A stretch of 64,000 nt of DNA from Bdellovibrionales bacterium (GTDB lineage: Bacteria; Bdellovibrionota; Bdellovibrionia; Bdellovibrionales; JAGQZY01), in the NCBI GenBank assembly GCA_964230645.1, contig CAXRHT010000003.1, forward strand, positions 416,001 through 480,000, in the 5' to 3' direction. The first letter of the stretch is position 1, and every line of letters starts with the position of its first letter. The notes beneath the pieces were generated by a model. It ran no database searches and was not told where the DNA came from. It was given only the letters and a program-made list of their open reading frames with translations. Shown one piece after another: positions 19,054 to 28,378 of this stretch. The position numbers and the translations under genes are program-made.

Positions 19054-19500
19054 ATGAAACGCTCATTAAAAGTCCTATTAGCGGGTCTTACTCTGATTAG
19101 TTTTGCAGCTTGTGAAAGAGCTTCAGATACCGTCGTAGGAGTCCCCAATGTGACCATCGATTGTAACTCAACCGATCACCCCCAGTGTAGTGGCTCTATC
19201 ACACCCCTAGGACGGGTCATCATGACTCGCTCTGGATGTGAAAACGCTGATTTTGAACCGATAGCTTCTGGAACGGTCACTTTGACTTGCGCAACATCTG
19301 GTTGTCTTGGAACTGTGAATGACTGGGTGGATACCAACGGAAACGATGTTAACGAAATCATTTCTGGTCGAATGGATCTTTGTGGATTGATTGATTTTAA
19401 CAGCGACACCCAAGAAGACCCTGGTGACTACATCAACACCACCTCTCAGGATATAAGCTCCAGTGCAACAATTATCCTAGAAGTTTGGGAAGAAGTTTAA
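19054..19500 (+). CDS. Hypothetical Cys-containing lipoprotein
   Basis: GAGGAGAGG RBS, lipobox FAAC. Confidence 0.75.
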   Translation: MKRSLKVLLAGLTLISFAACERASDTVVGVPNVTIDCNSTDHPQCSGSITPLGRVIMTRSGCENADFEPIASGTVTLTCATSGCLGTVNDWVDTNGNDVNEIISGRMDLCGLIDFNSDTQEDPGDYINTTSQDISSSATIILEVWEEV

Positions 19501-19504
19501 AGAA

Positions 19505-20296
19505 TTGGAGTCTAAAGACGTGAATCTAAGCAAAGGCAAAAATTTCCTAAACGTGAACTATCAAATCTCTCGCTACATTCTGCAAGCGATGGGTAACCAA
19601 TGGAAGAATCGAAACGATGATTTCAAAAAAAGGCAACGAGCCCTTGAGATCACGGCCGAGAATTCCTCCCGCGTTTTAAAAAAGCTTAACGTCACCGTCA
19701 CCGCCAATATCCAAAACCCAGAGATATTTGATCGAAATTACTTTATGGTTTGTAACCATATGTCTTACATCGACATCTTGGTGCTAAGCTCCATTCGACC
19801 AGCAGTTTTCGTCACTTCCGTAGAAATGGAGAAAACCTTTTTTCTTGGCGATATGGCCAAATGGGGCGGAAGCTTCTTTGTGAACCGGATCAATCGTAGA
19901 AAAATGAAGGAAGAGGTTAAGGCTCTTGAAGAGCTTTTAGAAAAAGGTTTTAACGTCTTTATTTTTCCTGAGGGAACGAGTACCAACGGACAAGAGCTTC
20001 TTCCCTTTAAGAAGTCCCTTTTCAGGGTGCCCTTTCAAACGGGTGCGCCTATTTTACCGATCTGCTTAAAATATAAAAGCATTGATGGAAAACCTTTTTC
20101 TAACGAGAACTGCGATAGAGTCTGCTGGTATGACGATATGACCTTTGCGCCACACTTCCTGCAGCTTATGGACTTAAAGGATATGCAGGCGGAGGTGACC
20201 TATCTTGATCCTCTCGACCCTAAAGATTTCGAGTCCCATGGTGATTTATCGGCCACCGCCCAAAAGGCTATTGCGCAATGCTATTACGGGTCTTAG
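19505..20296 (+). CDS. Lysophospholipid acyltransferase (PlsC family)
   Basis: NHMSYID (HX4D) and FPEGT motifs. Confidence 0.9.
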   Translation: MESKDVNLSKGKNFLNVNYQISRYILQAMGNQWKNRNDDFKKRQRALEITAENSSRVLKKLNVTVTANIQNPEIFDRNYFMVCNHMSYIDILVLSSIRPAVFVTSVEMEKTFFLGDMAKWGGSFFVNRINRRKMKEEVKALEELLEKGFNVFIFPEGTSTNGQELLPFKKSLFRVPFQTGAPILPICLKYKSIDGKPFSNENCDRVCWYDDMTFAPHFLQLMDLKDMQAEVTYLDPLDPKDFESHGDLSATAQKAIAQCYYGS

Positions 20297-20454
20297 AAAA
20301 AACGATTTCTCCGAGCAGAAGTTTCTAGTAGTATGTCCTAAATATTTGAAAAGATTAATTTTCTATAAGAAATAGGAAAGCTAAGAGAATGCACTGTCCC
20401 TACCCAAAATCTCTAAGGGAAATTACTTTTTTGTCACCATTTAGGAGGAATAGA

Positions 20455-22455
20455 ATGAAAATGATTGCTGTTTTAATCATTGCCCTTTCAAGCCCATCGC
20501 TTTTTGCCTTTAGTACAGGCCCGGATGAGTCAGAAAGAACCAGTGAAATCCCTGATCGTCGTGAATTTCCCGTTGATCCCGATATCGATCCTTGTACGGA
20601 CTACTTCCAATACGCTTGTGGACCGGCTCTTTCAAAATTTAAAATGCGTGAAGACCGCAGCCGCCACATTTTTTCGTTCAGTGATTCAAGAGAACGAATT
20701 CTTGATGCCAAAGAGTCTTATCTTGCAAAATTAAAAGATAAAGACAAGTTCAACGAAAAGTCCAAGCAGCTTAAAGATTACTACCTTTCGTGTACAAACC
20801 TTGATGCTCGTGCCAAGGAAGAGAAAAAAGTCTTAAATGAAGCTGTTGAAAAAATGAAAGAGATCAAGAGTAAAAAAGAGTTCGCTCAGTACTTGACCTC
20901 TCAGTCGCTTAAAGGTCAGGACTCCCATGTTGGATTCACTAATATTGAGAATCTTGATAACTCTAAAATTTATGACTTTATTATGATGCCCTCTCTTATG
21001 GCCTCTATGCCTGAGCCGAGTTACTATAAAAACGAAGAGCTCATGAAAGAGTTCAAAGAAATTGCCACAGAGTTTTTCAAGTTGGCTGGCTACAAAGACG
21101 CTGAAAAAAGAGCCCAGTGGGTTGTTGATTTTGAAAAAGAGTATATCAATAAGTATCCCACTCCAGCAGAAAGACGTCCTCTTTGGTCGAAGAGAGCTTA
21201 TTCTAAGAAAAGTGATCTGTTGAAATACAAAAACCTTCAACTCGGTAAAATCTTAGAAAAAGTCCCTGGTAAAATTAAGATCAGAAATCCCATGGATGAT
21301 GTTTTCAAGTATCAGAACAAAGCGTTTGATAAATATAGCCTTGATCAGTTGAAAACAGTCTACCTTTTCCAATCAACAGAAGGAGCCTTAGATGCAGGCT
21401 TTCCTGACTACTTTGAAAAAGGTTTCAAATTCTCACATAAGTATCTAGGTGGCTCTGCTAAAAGGCCTGAGCTCAAAGAGCGTTGTACAATGGATGTGAT
21501 GAATCGCTTTAATAAAGAGCTTGATTACGAAGTTTACGACAGCTTCTTCCCAGACTTTCCTGAGAAGAAGTTTGTGGCTTTGCTTGAAAAGGTGAGAGCT
21601 TCGATCCTAGAGGGTCTTGCGAAAAACAAATGGCTTTCTAATAAATCAAAAGCCTCGGCTATGAAGAAGATCAAACTCGCCCGTTTTCAGGTGGTAAAAC
21701 CTAAAACGGAAAAAGAGTGGGATTTTAATCCGATCGCTGATTATAGCCCAGAGAAGTATTTGGCAAACCAAGAGATTCTTGATGAGAAACTAACTGAAAG
21801 AAATTTCGAGCGTCTGCCAAAGCCTGTGGATAAAGACATCTGGCACTACGGTCCTATGACGGTGAATGCCTATTATGACCCGACGGCGAATAAATTCGTC
21901 ATGCTTGCAGGTATCCTTCAGTATCCTTTCTATGACCCCAATCTTCCTGACTGGGTGAACCTAGGAGCCGTGGGAGCTGTAGTTGGACATGAGCTCGGAC
22001 ACGGTGTTGATGACCAGGGTTCTAAGTACGATGCTTACGGAAACGTTAAGCAGTGGATGACGGATAAAGATGTAGAAACCTTTCAAAGTCGCGGAAAGCA
22101 GTTGGTTGAGCAATTCAACAACGCAGGCCACGATGGAAAACTCACCCTCGGTGAAAACATCGGTGACCTTGTGGGTGTGACCTTTGCTTTGAATGCCGCC
22201 AAAAAGACAATGCCTGTTGATCCTGTGGCCAGAGAAAAAGCCACAAAAGAGTTTTTCCGTCAGTGGGCCAGAGCTTGGTGCGGAACTATGCTTCCTAAAA
22301 GAGAAGAGATGCAGTTAAAAACAGATCCTCACGCTCTTGTATGGGCTCGAGTGAATGAGCAAATGAAGCACCAAGGTGACTTTGCTAAAGTTTATAATTG
22401 TAAGAAAGGTGACAAACTATATCTACCACCGGAAAAGAGAGTTTCTATCTGGTAG
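20455..22455 (+). CDS. Secreted M13 (neprilysin-like) metallopeptidase
   Basis: DPCTDYFQYACG, VNAYY, GHELGHG, GENIGD, TDPH; AGGAGG RBS before ATG 20455. Confidence 0.95.
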   Translation: MKMIAVLIIALSSPSLFAFSTGPDESERTSEIPDRREFPVDPDIDPCTDYFQYACGPALSKFKMREDRSRHIFSFSDSRERILDAKESYLAKLKDKDKFNEKSKQLKDYYLSCTNLDARAKEEKKVLNEAVEKMKEIKSKKEFAQYLTSQSLKGQDSHVGFTNIENLDNSKIYDFIMMPSLMASMPEPSYYKNEELMKEFKEIATEFFKLAGYKDAEKRAQWVVDFEKEYINKYPTPAERRPLWSKRAYSKKSDLLKYKNLQLGKILEKVPGKIKIRNPMDDVFKYQNKAFDKYSLDQLKTVYLFQSTEGALDAGFPDYFEKGFKFSHKYLGGSAKRPELKERCTMDVMNRFNKELDYEVYDSFFPDFPEKKFVALLEKVRASILEGLAKNKWLSNKSKASAMKKIKLARFQVVKPKTEKEWDFNPIADYSPEKYLANQEILDEKLTERNFERLPKPVDKDIWHYGPMTVNAYYDPTANKFVMLAGILQYPFYDPNLPDWVNLGAVGAVVGHELGHGVDDQGSKYDAYGNVKQWMTDKDVETFQSRGKQLVEQFNNAGHDGKLTLGENIGDLVGVTFALNAAKKTMPVDPVAREKATKEFFRQWARAWCGTMLPKREEMQLKTDPHALVWARVNEQMKHQGDFAKVYNCKKGDKLYLPPEKRVSIW

Positions 22456-22483
22456 AAGTCTTCACAAGAAATTGATTTTTCAA

Positions 22484-22518
22484 GAGCCAAGGCCTCATAG
22501 GACCTTGGCTTTTTTTTA
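22484..22518 (+). terminator. Rho-independent terminator
   Basis: AGCCAAGG...CCTTGGCT hairpin followed by a T-run after the M13 gene. Confidence 0.75.
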
Positions 22519-22636
22519 CCTGGAGCCTAATAAACCCCATCAATAGGGCGGGTTTTTTTGTGTAGAATTGAGCAAGAAAGCCGCTTGGTTCTTGAGCGCT
22601 GGACTTGATACTGAGGAAGCGATAGCCTGTCAGCCC

Positions 22637-22987
22637 ATGATTGAGAAATTTAAGAAGATCATTCAGTTTATTAAGGAAGTCAGCAAAGATGAACGCATCC
22701 CAGAGCGTGATAAGAAGGTGATCCTCGTGATGGTGGCCCTAGTGGTTTCACCTATCGATTTTATTCCCGATTGGATTCCGATCATCGGGATTTTAGACGA
22801 TATTTTTATCATGGCCCTTGTCTTGGACTATTTTTTTACGGTTCTAGATTCCCAAGTTCTTCTCTCCCACTATCCCTTTGGGATGAAGAGTTTCATCGCG
22901 CTAAAAAAAACGTCCAGGATGATTTCTTGGATCACGCCGGAGTTTGTTAGAGATCGGATTTGGAAATACAAACCACCGGTCTACTAA
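22637..22987 (+). CDS. YkvA/DUF1232 family membrane protein
   Basis: SPIDFIPDWIPIIGILDD motif. Confidence 0.88.
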   Translation: MIEKFKKIIQFIKEVSKDERIPERDKKVILVMVALVVSPIDFIPDWIPIIGILDDIFIMALVLDYFFTVLDSQVLLSHYPFGMKSFIALKKTSRMISWITPEFVRDRIWKYKPPVY

Positions 22988-22998
22988 AAAGAGGCTTT

Positions 22999-23436
22999 AT
23001 GGTTAAACCACATATCTATTTTTTACTGATCGTTCTGCTTACGTCCTGTGCTCATAAAAAAGAAAAGGACCCGGAGCTTGCCTCCCAACAAGAGCATATG
23101 CAGGAGAACATGAAGCAAAGGCTAAGCATCTTTTTTTGCACCGGAGACGTTTATTTCAGAGCTTGTTTTGATACCAATCCGGATGAGTGTGTCGAGGTTG
23201 TGCAGGAGAATTTTGAAGACTGCCTCCCAGAGGTTATGCCCAATCCCTTTCAGGGGAAAGCCGCCCATATGTACAGTCAAAAACTGGGACAGTGTCTTGG
23301 GCATCGCTATGATCAGGTGATGAGAGACAAGGGTAAGTTTATAGGCAAAAAAAATCCCGCTTGTAAAAAGTCGATGGATGATGTGAAAGAAGAGAAGATT
23401 AAAGAGAAAGTCCAAGAGGTTAAAGAAAACCACTAA
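22999..23436 (+). CDS. Hypothetical Cys-rich lipoprotein
   Basis: GAGG RBS, lipobox LTSC, six further Cys. Confidence 0.7.
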   Translation: MVKPHIYFLLIVLLTSCAHKKEKDPELASQQEHMQENMKQRLSIFFCTGDVYFRACFDTNPDECVEVVQENFEDCLPEVMPNPFQGKAAHMYSQKLGQCLGHRYDQVMRDKGKFIGKKNPACKKSMDDVKEEKIKEKVQEVKENH

Positions 23437-23443
23437 CCGACAA

Positions 23444-23618
23444 TGGCATTAAGAGCATAATGTAATTCCGAGTAAATGTCATTCTGAGCGTAGCGAAGAA
23501 TCTATCACCACCGAGTTCTCGTTATTAATCAAAGCCCTCGGCAATAGGTCCTTCGCTGCGCTCAGGACGACAATTGAGGTAAGTGCAGAATGATAATTCC
23601 ACTGTGTTGAGGACGACA
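23444..23618. repeat. REP-like palindrome with degenerate tails (copy 4)
   Basis: TGTCATTCTGAGCGTAGCGAAGAATCT 23477-23503 and AGGTCCTTCGCTGCGCTCAGGACGACA 23546-23572; decayed units on both sides. Confidence 0.88.
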
Positions 23619-23656
23619 AAGGGGAGTTGGACGATAGCTCGAATTGGAATCTGCGA

Positions 23657-23691
23657 AAAAAAAAGGGCCATAGGCCCTTTTTTCTTTTTTT
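23657..23691. terminator. Bidirectional terminator
   Basis: A-run GGGCC-ATA-GGCCC T-run between convergent genes. Confidence 0.75.
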
Positions 23692-23711
23692 GAAAGTAGA
23701 GTTAGGTCGGT

Positions 23712-24275
23712 TTAGAAACCGAATCCAACAAGAGCTTTAGCGTAAACTCCATCAAAATTGATTTCGTTTGGTACGGCGTTGTTAGTGGTTTCGTAAGTGG
23801 CAAAGTTATATCCAAGCTCGGCACCCACTTGAATGATACCTAGAGAAACTCCCGCTTCAGCTCCAAGGCTGTAAGTTAGATCAGCGCTGTAATCTCCACT
23901 GATTTGGTTGCTGTAATCCACCGTTACATCGTTAGCAAAGCCGATAGTTCCGATCGCACCCACATAAAGAAGAGTGTTGATAAGTCTGTAGTTAACAAGC
24001 AAAGAAATTCTTTCCATGTCACTATCAAAGCTGGCGTTACCCGCTTCAACATCAAAACCCATGGTTTCGTATCTTAATCCAAATCCAAATGGAATAAGGG
24101 GAGGCTCGACGATGGCGTCTAAGTTAAAGCCACTCATTGTTGAAAGGTCAGCTCCAGCTCCTGTGTCCTTATCGGCAGGAGTGTTGACTCCGTATCCAGC
24201 GCGCACTTCAAAAAGGGCTTGAGCTGGTGAAGTGAAAGCGATCAAAGCGAAAAGAATTAATAATTTTTTTGTCAT
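23712..24275 (-). CDS. Small outer-membrane beta-barrel protein
   Basis: Signal peptide ending AQA, about 8 amphipathic strands, C-terminal VGFGF. Confidence 0.8.
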   Translation of the reverse strand: MTKKLLILFALIAFTSPAQALFEVRAGYGVNTPADKDTGAGADLSTMSGFNLDAIVEPPLIPFGFGLRYETMGFDVEAGNASFDSDMERISLLVNYRLINTLLYVGAIGTIGFANDVTVDYSNQISGDYSADLTYSLGAEAGVSLGIIQVGAELGYNFATYETTNNAVPNEINFDGVYAKALVGFGF

Positions 24276-24394
24276 AGGGGACTCCTTTTTAAATCACCTC
24301 ACAATACCCTTAATTCGGGTAAGCATTGAAGGCTCGATTTGTCATTTTTTGTGAAGATTTTGTGAACTTGGAATTTTGTTTTCTGAGAATCCGA

Positions 24395-25405
24395 TTAGAG
24401 GTAGGAGAGAGCTTTGGTCGCGATTGGGGTCACTGAAAGATTGTCCATACAGTAGTAGTGGGGACAAGCTTCAAGGAGACATTCAAACTGAGCGGGGCAG
24501 TCCACTTGTGGTGAAAAAGTCACGGTTTCATCTCCCATTGGACCCCAGCGCTTGGCTTGGTGAACCAAAATGGGGGAGTAGAGTCCCAAAGAGGCCACCC
24601 CCAGGGAAGCGCTCAAATGGAGCACTCCCGTACTGGGGGCTATGGTGGCACTGGCATTTTCTAGAAGTTTCAACAACTGAAAACCATCGAGCTGCTTGTC
24701 GAGCCAAACAACTCGGTGATTATCTTTTAATGACTTTTTTAAAGGGTTTAAATAGGGCTCATCGCTTTTTGTACCGGTGATGACCACAGGGCACTGTTCG
24801 GTGAGCTTGTTAATAAGTGTGGCGTAATTTTTGATGGGCCAATTAAGGGCTGAGCCCCCCATACCGGGATGAACGACTATATATTTTTGGTTAAAATTAA
24901 ACTGAAGGCGACTTTCTTTAGGAGCCTTTAGTTTGACTGGTTTCCAAGATTCTTTGTTTTGCGCGAGGGAAAAGGTGTGTTCGACCAAAAGGTAGTTGTA
25001 TTCCATTTCGTGAAACTCACAGCGACTGCGTTTTTGCCGAAGGGCCTTGTTTAAAAAAAGATAGGAGTGCCATTGGGACTTAACTCCTCCTCTCGTTTTA
25101 ACTCCGGCTATCCATAGGGCTAAGTTAACCCACCAAGGAACATGAAAACTCACCGAGACTTCCGGTTTAATACTTCGGATCCATTTAACCAGTTTAAAAA
25201 AAGCAGCCCAAGTGAAATCCTTTTTAACAGAACGATACTCTTTTTTCGGAGTGGCACTATCGACCACAAACTCAAGGCCCTTTGGCACAAGCCAGTGGAC
25301 CTTGTAGTTTTCTGAAACTAAGGAATCACAGGGGAGGGTGAGTACCAAATCCCCCATTCTGTCCAATCGAATAAAAAGAGCCGTCTTCATGAGCTGTGTT
25401 TCCAA
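24395..25405 (-). CDS. Glycosyltransferase family 9 (LPS heptosyltransferase-like)
   Basis: IRLDRMGDLVLT, HE, VHPG, WP, STGVLHLSASLG, WGP; start may be ATG 25390. Confidence 0.9.
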   Translation of the reverse strand: METQLMKTALFIRLDRMGDLVLTLPCDSLVSENYKVHWLVPKGLEFVVDSATPKKEYRSVKKDFTWAAFFKLVKWIRSIKPEVSVSFHVPWWVNLALWIAGVKTRGGVKSQWHSYLFLNKALRQKRSRCEFHEMEYNYLLVEHTFSLAQNKESWKPVKLKAPKESRLQFNFNQKYIVVHPGMGGSALNWPIKNYATLINKLTEQCPVVITGTKSDEPYLNPLKKSLKDNHRVVWLDKQLDGFQLLKLLENASATIAPSTGVLHLSASLGVASLGLYSPILVHQAKRWGPMGDETVTFSPQVDCPAQFECLLEACPHYYCMDNLSVTPIATKALSYL

Positions 25406-25408
25406 AAA

Positions 25409-26068
25409 TTAGTATTTACGAATCAATCCCACAACTATGCCTCTGATATCAACCTCTTCTGGGTGATACCATAGAGATTCCATGGTGGAGTTGGCTGGGC
25501 GAAGTTCGACCATCTTTTTTCGGCCAGTGGGTTGAAAGATTCTTTTCACGGTGGCTTCGTGATTCACAACAGCCACGATGATTTCTCCATCGCGAGCGTA
25601 CTCTTGTCTTTGTACAAGGATAGTGTCGCCATCATGAATGCCGTCTTCGATCATGGAGTCCCCTTGCACTTGCAAAGCATAGGTTTGGTCGGGTTTTTTA
25701 AGTAAGGAAACAGGGATATCTATAAATTCATCGTGCTTAAGGTGTTCGATGGGAGCACCGGCGGCCACATTACCAAGGAGAGGGATGGTGGTGTTGGGAG
25801 TGAGTCTTGTTTGAATTTCTTTGAGATTGTCGGGGAGGGACTGGGCGGAGCGAATCACACGGATGGCTCGCTTTTGGTTGCCTCCGGGATTATGGATATA
25901 GTTTTTGGCCTCAAGTTGTTTGAGATAATTTTGTACGGAATTGTTTGAGGCAAAACCAAAATGCTCTTTGATTTCTAGAAAACTAGGGGAGACCCCCTCT
26001 TTTGTGATATAACTTTCGATGTACTCTAAGACGTTTTTTTCCTTAGGTGTTAAGGGTTGAATCTCCAT
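25409..26068 (-). CDS. lexA: SOS repressor LexA
   Basis: LTPKE..PSFLEI wHTH, VAAGAP cleavage site, GDSM, ATVK; GGAGG RBS before ATG 26068. Confidence 0.95.
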   Translation of the reverse strand: MEIQPLTPKEKNVLEYIESYITKEGVSPSFLEIKEHFGFASNNSVQNYLKQLEAKNYIHNPGGNQKRAIRVIRSAQSLPDNLKEIQTRLTPNTTIPLLGNVAAGAPIEHLKHDEFIDIPVSLLKKPDQTYALQVQGDSMIEDGIHDGDTILVQRQEYARDGEIIVAVVNHEATVKRIFQPTGRKKMVELRPANSTMESLWYHPEEVDIRGIVVGLIRKY

Positions 26069-26083
26069 ATCTAAAACCTCCTT

Positions 26084-26132
26084 GTCATATGTAAGTAACA
26101 TGTAAGTTATGTGTAAAAAATAGGAAAGTCAA
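26084..26132 (-). promoter_or_regulatory. lexA promoter with three tandem 11-bp operator-like repeats
   Basis: Minus strand TTGACT-N17-TAACTT overlapped by TTACACATAAC/TTACATGTTAC/TTACATATGAC. Confidence 0.6.
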
Positions 26133-26301
26133 CGGACCTAAAGTCTGTGAAATCACGATTTTTCGCTTTTTTTATAATCTGCCTAAAAATAGTTCACGAT
26201 TCGATCTTCCTGAGTCTCCGTTCAGGGCATTTAAGTTGTTATTTTAGTTAAAAAATGGTTAACAGTGTTTTCCAAAACAACAGAACGAAAGGATTTGAGA
26301 G

Positions 26302-27837
26302 ATGTCTAAAATTTCGTTGATCGAGGAATCTGTCCGGTTAGGCCTAGGAAAATTGAGCCAAGATGGAGCGCTCATTGTAGAGACCGGAAAATTCACCGGC
26401 CGTGCCGCTGATAAACGCTACATCGCTAAACATCCAGAGCTCGAAAATAAAATCGACTGGGAATCCAATAAGTCAGTAGACGTTGAGACCAAATCCAAGC
26501 TTCTTGCAAGTATCCAAAAGAAACACAGCGAGATGAAAACCTATGAATATAAAGGTTTCGTGGGCGGTTGTCCTGTGGAGGTCACCTCAACATCACCTTG
26601 GCACATATTATTTGCTAGTAACATGTTCCGTGACAAAGCCATCGACGATCTTAAAGAACTTTGCCAAGACTGGGGAACCATCAAAATTTATCACGACCCT
26701 TATGGAACGACCACAGAACACGGTCTTGATGTGGGAACAGACACTATGGTGATCCTTGATCCTAAAGACCTCACCGTATGTATTTGTGGAACCGCTTACG
26801 CCGGCGAAATTAAAAAATCAGCCTTCAGTTTAAGTAATTATCTTCTTCCAGAAAAAGGAATTTTCCCCATGCATGCTTCGGCCAATTGTAGAGAAGGTGG
26901 AAAACAGTCCTCGGTTCTGTTTGGTTTGTCAGGAACGGGTAAAACAACCCTAAGTGCGGCTGATGAGCGTATGCTTGTGGGTGATGACGAAATCATCTGG
27001 ACGGACTCTGGTCTTTCAAACCTTGAGGGCGGCTGCTATGCCAAACTCATCAATCTTTCTGAAAGAGCCGAGCCCCAAATTTATCGGGCTGCCAATAAGT
27101 TTGGTTCTATTCTAGAAAATGTTGTCGCTAACGAAGAAACTAGAAAAATTGATTTTACCGATACGACAAAAACCGAAAACACTCGTGGTTCCTATGACAT
27201 CAAAGCTCTTGAGAACTGTTTCAACCAGGAGGCGGAAGCTCAAAAACCTGAGACTGTTATTTTTCTAACAGCCGATGCCTTTGGAGCTCTCCCTGCAGTG
27301 GCAAAGCTTGATTCCCTTCAAGCGCAGTACCATTTTATCTCGGGTTATACGGCCAAAGTGGCTGGAACCGAGCTGGGTGTGACCGAGCCACAAGCGACCT
27401 TTAGTGCCTGCTTTGGCGCTCCTTTTATGCCAAGACACCCTTCTGAATACGGAAAACTTTTAGCTGAAAAGATTGAAAAAAATAACACTTCCGTTTGGCT
27501 TCTCAACACCGGTTGGACCAACGGTGGTTATGGTAAAGGCCCACGTTTCCCTATTCGAGTGAGTCGTGAACTCTTAAGAGCCATTCAAACGGGTAAGCTT
27601 GATGAGCAAGAGATGGTGAAGCATCCTGTGTTTGGTTTTATGGTTCCTACCACTTGTCCTGGAGTGGACGAGTCCTACTTACAAATCCCAACGGGTCCGA
27701 GTGTGATTGAGTTGGCTAAGAAATTCATTGAGAACATGAATTCCATTGGCGGTGGAGTGGTCAGTCCTGAGGTGATTCTTCAAGGTGGACCAACCCTTGG
27801 TATGCAACCAACAACAACTCCAGAGATGACACTTTAA
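26302..27837 (+). CDS. pckA: PEP carboxykinase (ATP)
   Basis: TGKFTGR, YAGEIKK, MHASAN, FGLSGTGKTTLS, GDDE, EGGCYAK, FSACFGAPF. Confidence 0.96.
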   Translation: MSKISLIEESVRLGLGKLSQDGALIVETGKFTGRAADKRYIAKHPELENKIDWESNKSVDVETKSKLLASIQKKHSEMKTYEYKGFVGGCPVEVTSTSPWHILFASNMFRDKAIDDLKELCQDWGTIKIYHDPYGTTTEHGLDVGTDTMVILDPKDLTVCICGTAYAGEIKKSAFSLSNYLLPEKGIFPMHASANCREGGKQSSVLFGLSGTGKTTLSAADERMLVGDDEIIWTDSGLSNLEGGCYAKLINLSERAEPQIYRAANKFGSILENVVANEETRKIDFTDTTKTENTRGSYDIKALENCFNQEAEAQKPETVIFLTADAFGALPAVAKLDSLQAQYHFISGYTAKVAGTELGVTEPQATFSACFGAPFMPRHPSEYGKLLAEKIEKNNTSVWLLNTGWTNGGYGKGPRFPIRVSRELLRAIQTGKLDEQEMVKHPVFGFMVPTTCPGVDESYLQIPTGPSVIELAKKFIENMNSIGGGVVSPEVILQGGPTLGMQPTTTPEMTL

Positions 27838-27851
27838 AATAGTCCTTATTG

Positions 27852-27882
27852 GCGCTTAGAAAAACTTTTTCTAAGCGCTTTT
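27852..27882 (+). terminator. Terminator hairpin after pckA
   Basis: GCGCTTAGAAAAA / TTTTTCTAAGCGC inverted repeat followed by a T-run. Confidence 0.65.
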
Positions 27883-27936
27883 CTCTCACCCCAGTTGAGA
27901 TGAGAGTTGTCTTTTTAGTGGGAAGAGTTCCCGAGT

Positions 27937-28359
27937 TTATTTCTTAAATATTGCTCGATCGACTGAATGCATTCCCGGTCCAATAATTAAAAACATGACC
28001 GACAATCCAAGATAAACGAGTGCTAGTTCGTAAGAGGCCCCTTGTCCGACGAAGGGATCGCCATTGATCACAGCATGAAAATAGGTAGCAAAACCCATTG
28101 TACAAATGAGTCCAAGGGAAACCAGGGGAGTCAAAAAACCAAGGATCAATCCAATACCTCCAAAAAACTCAGACACAGCGGCAAGAAATAGAAGAAAGCC
28201 TGGAATGGCAGCATCCGGGCCCATCCAATTAAAAGGGGCTTGAATTTTTGGAAGTCCGTGGAGAATAAAAGCGGAGCCCATAATTAAGCGAACAAAAAGT
28301 AAGCTGAAAGAGGGGATCAGAGGAAGAGGATAGGGAGCCAGTAGTTTTTTAATGTTCAT
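27937..28359 (-). CDS. DoxX family membrane protein
   Basis: RLIMG..FILHGLPK, EFFGG, YELA, GPG.HSVD. Confidence 0.9.
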   Translation of the reverse strand: MNIKKLLAPYPLPLIPSFSLLFVRLIMGSAFILHGLPKIQAPFNWMGPDAAIPGFLLFLAAVSEFFGGIGLILGFLTPLVSLGLICTMGFATYFHAVINGDPFVGQGASYELALVYLGLSVMFLIIGPGMHSVDRAIFKK

Positions 28360-28378
28360 GAGCGCATCCTTTAAAAGT

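Noticed and set aside
24376..24780. 134-aa plus-strand ORF
   Set aside because: Antisense to the GT9 gene, with no motif or RBS.
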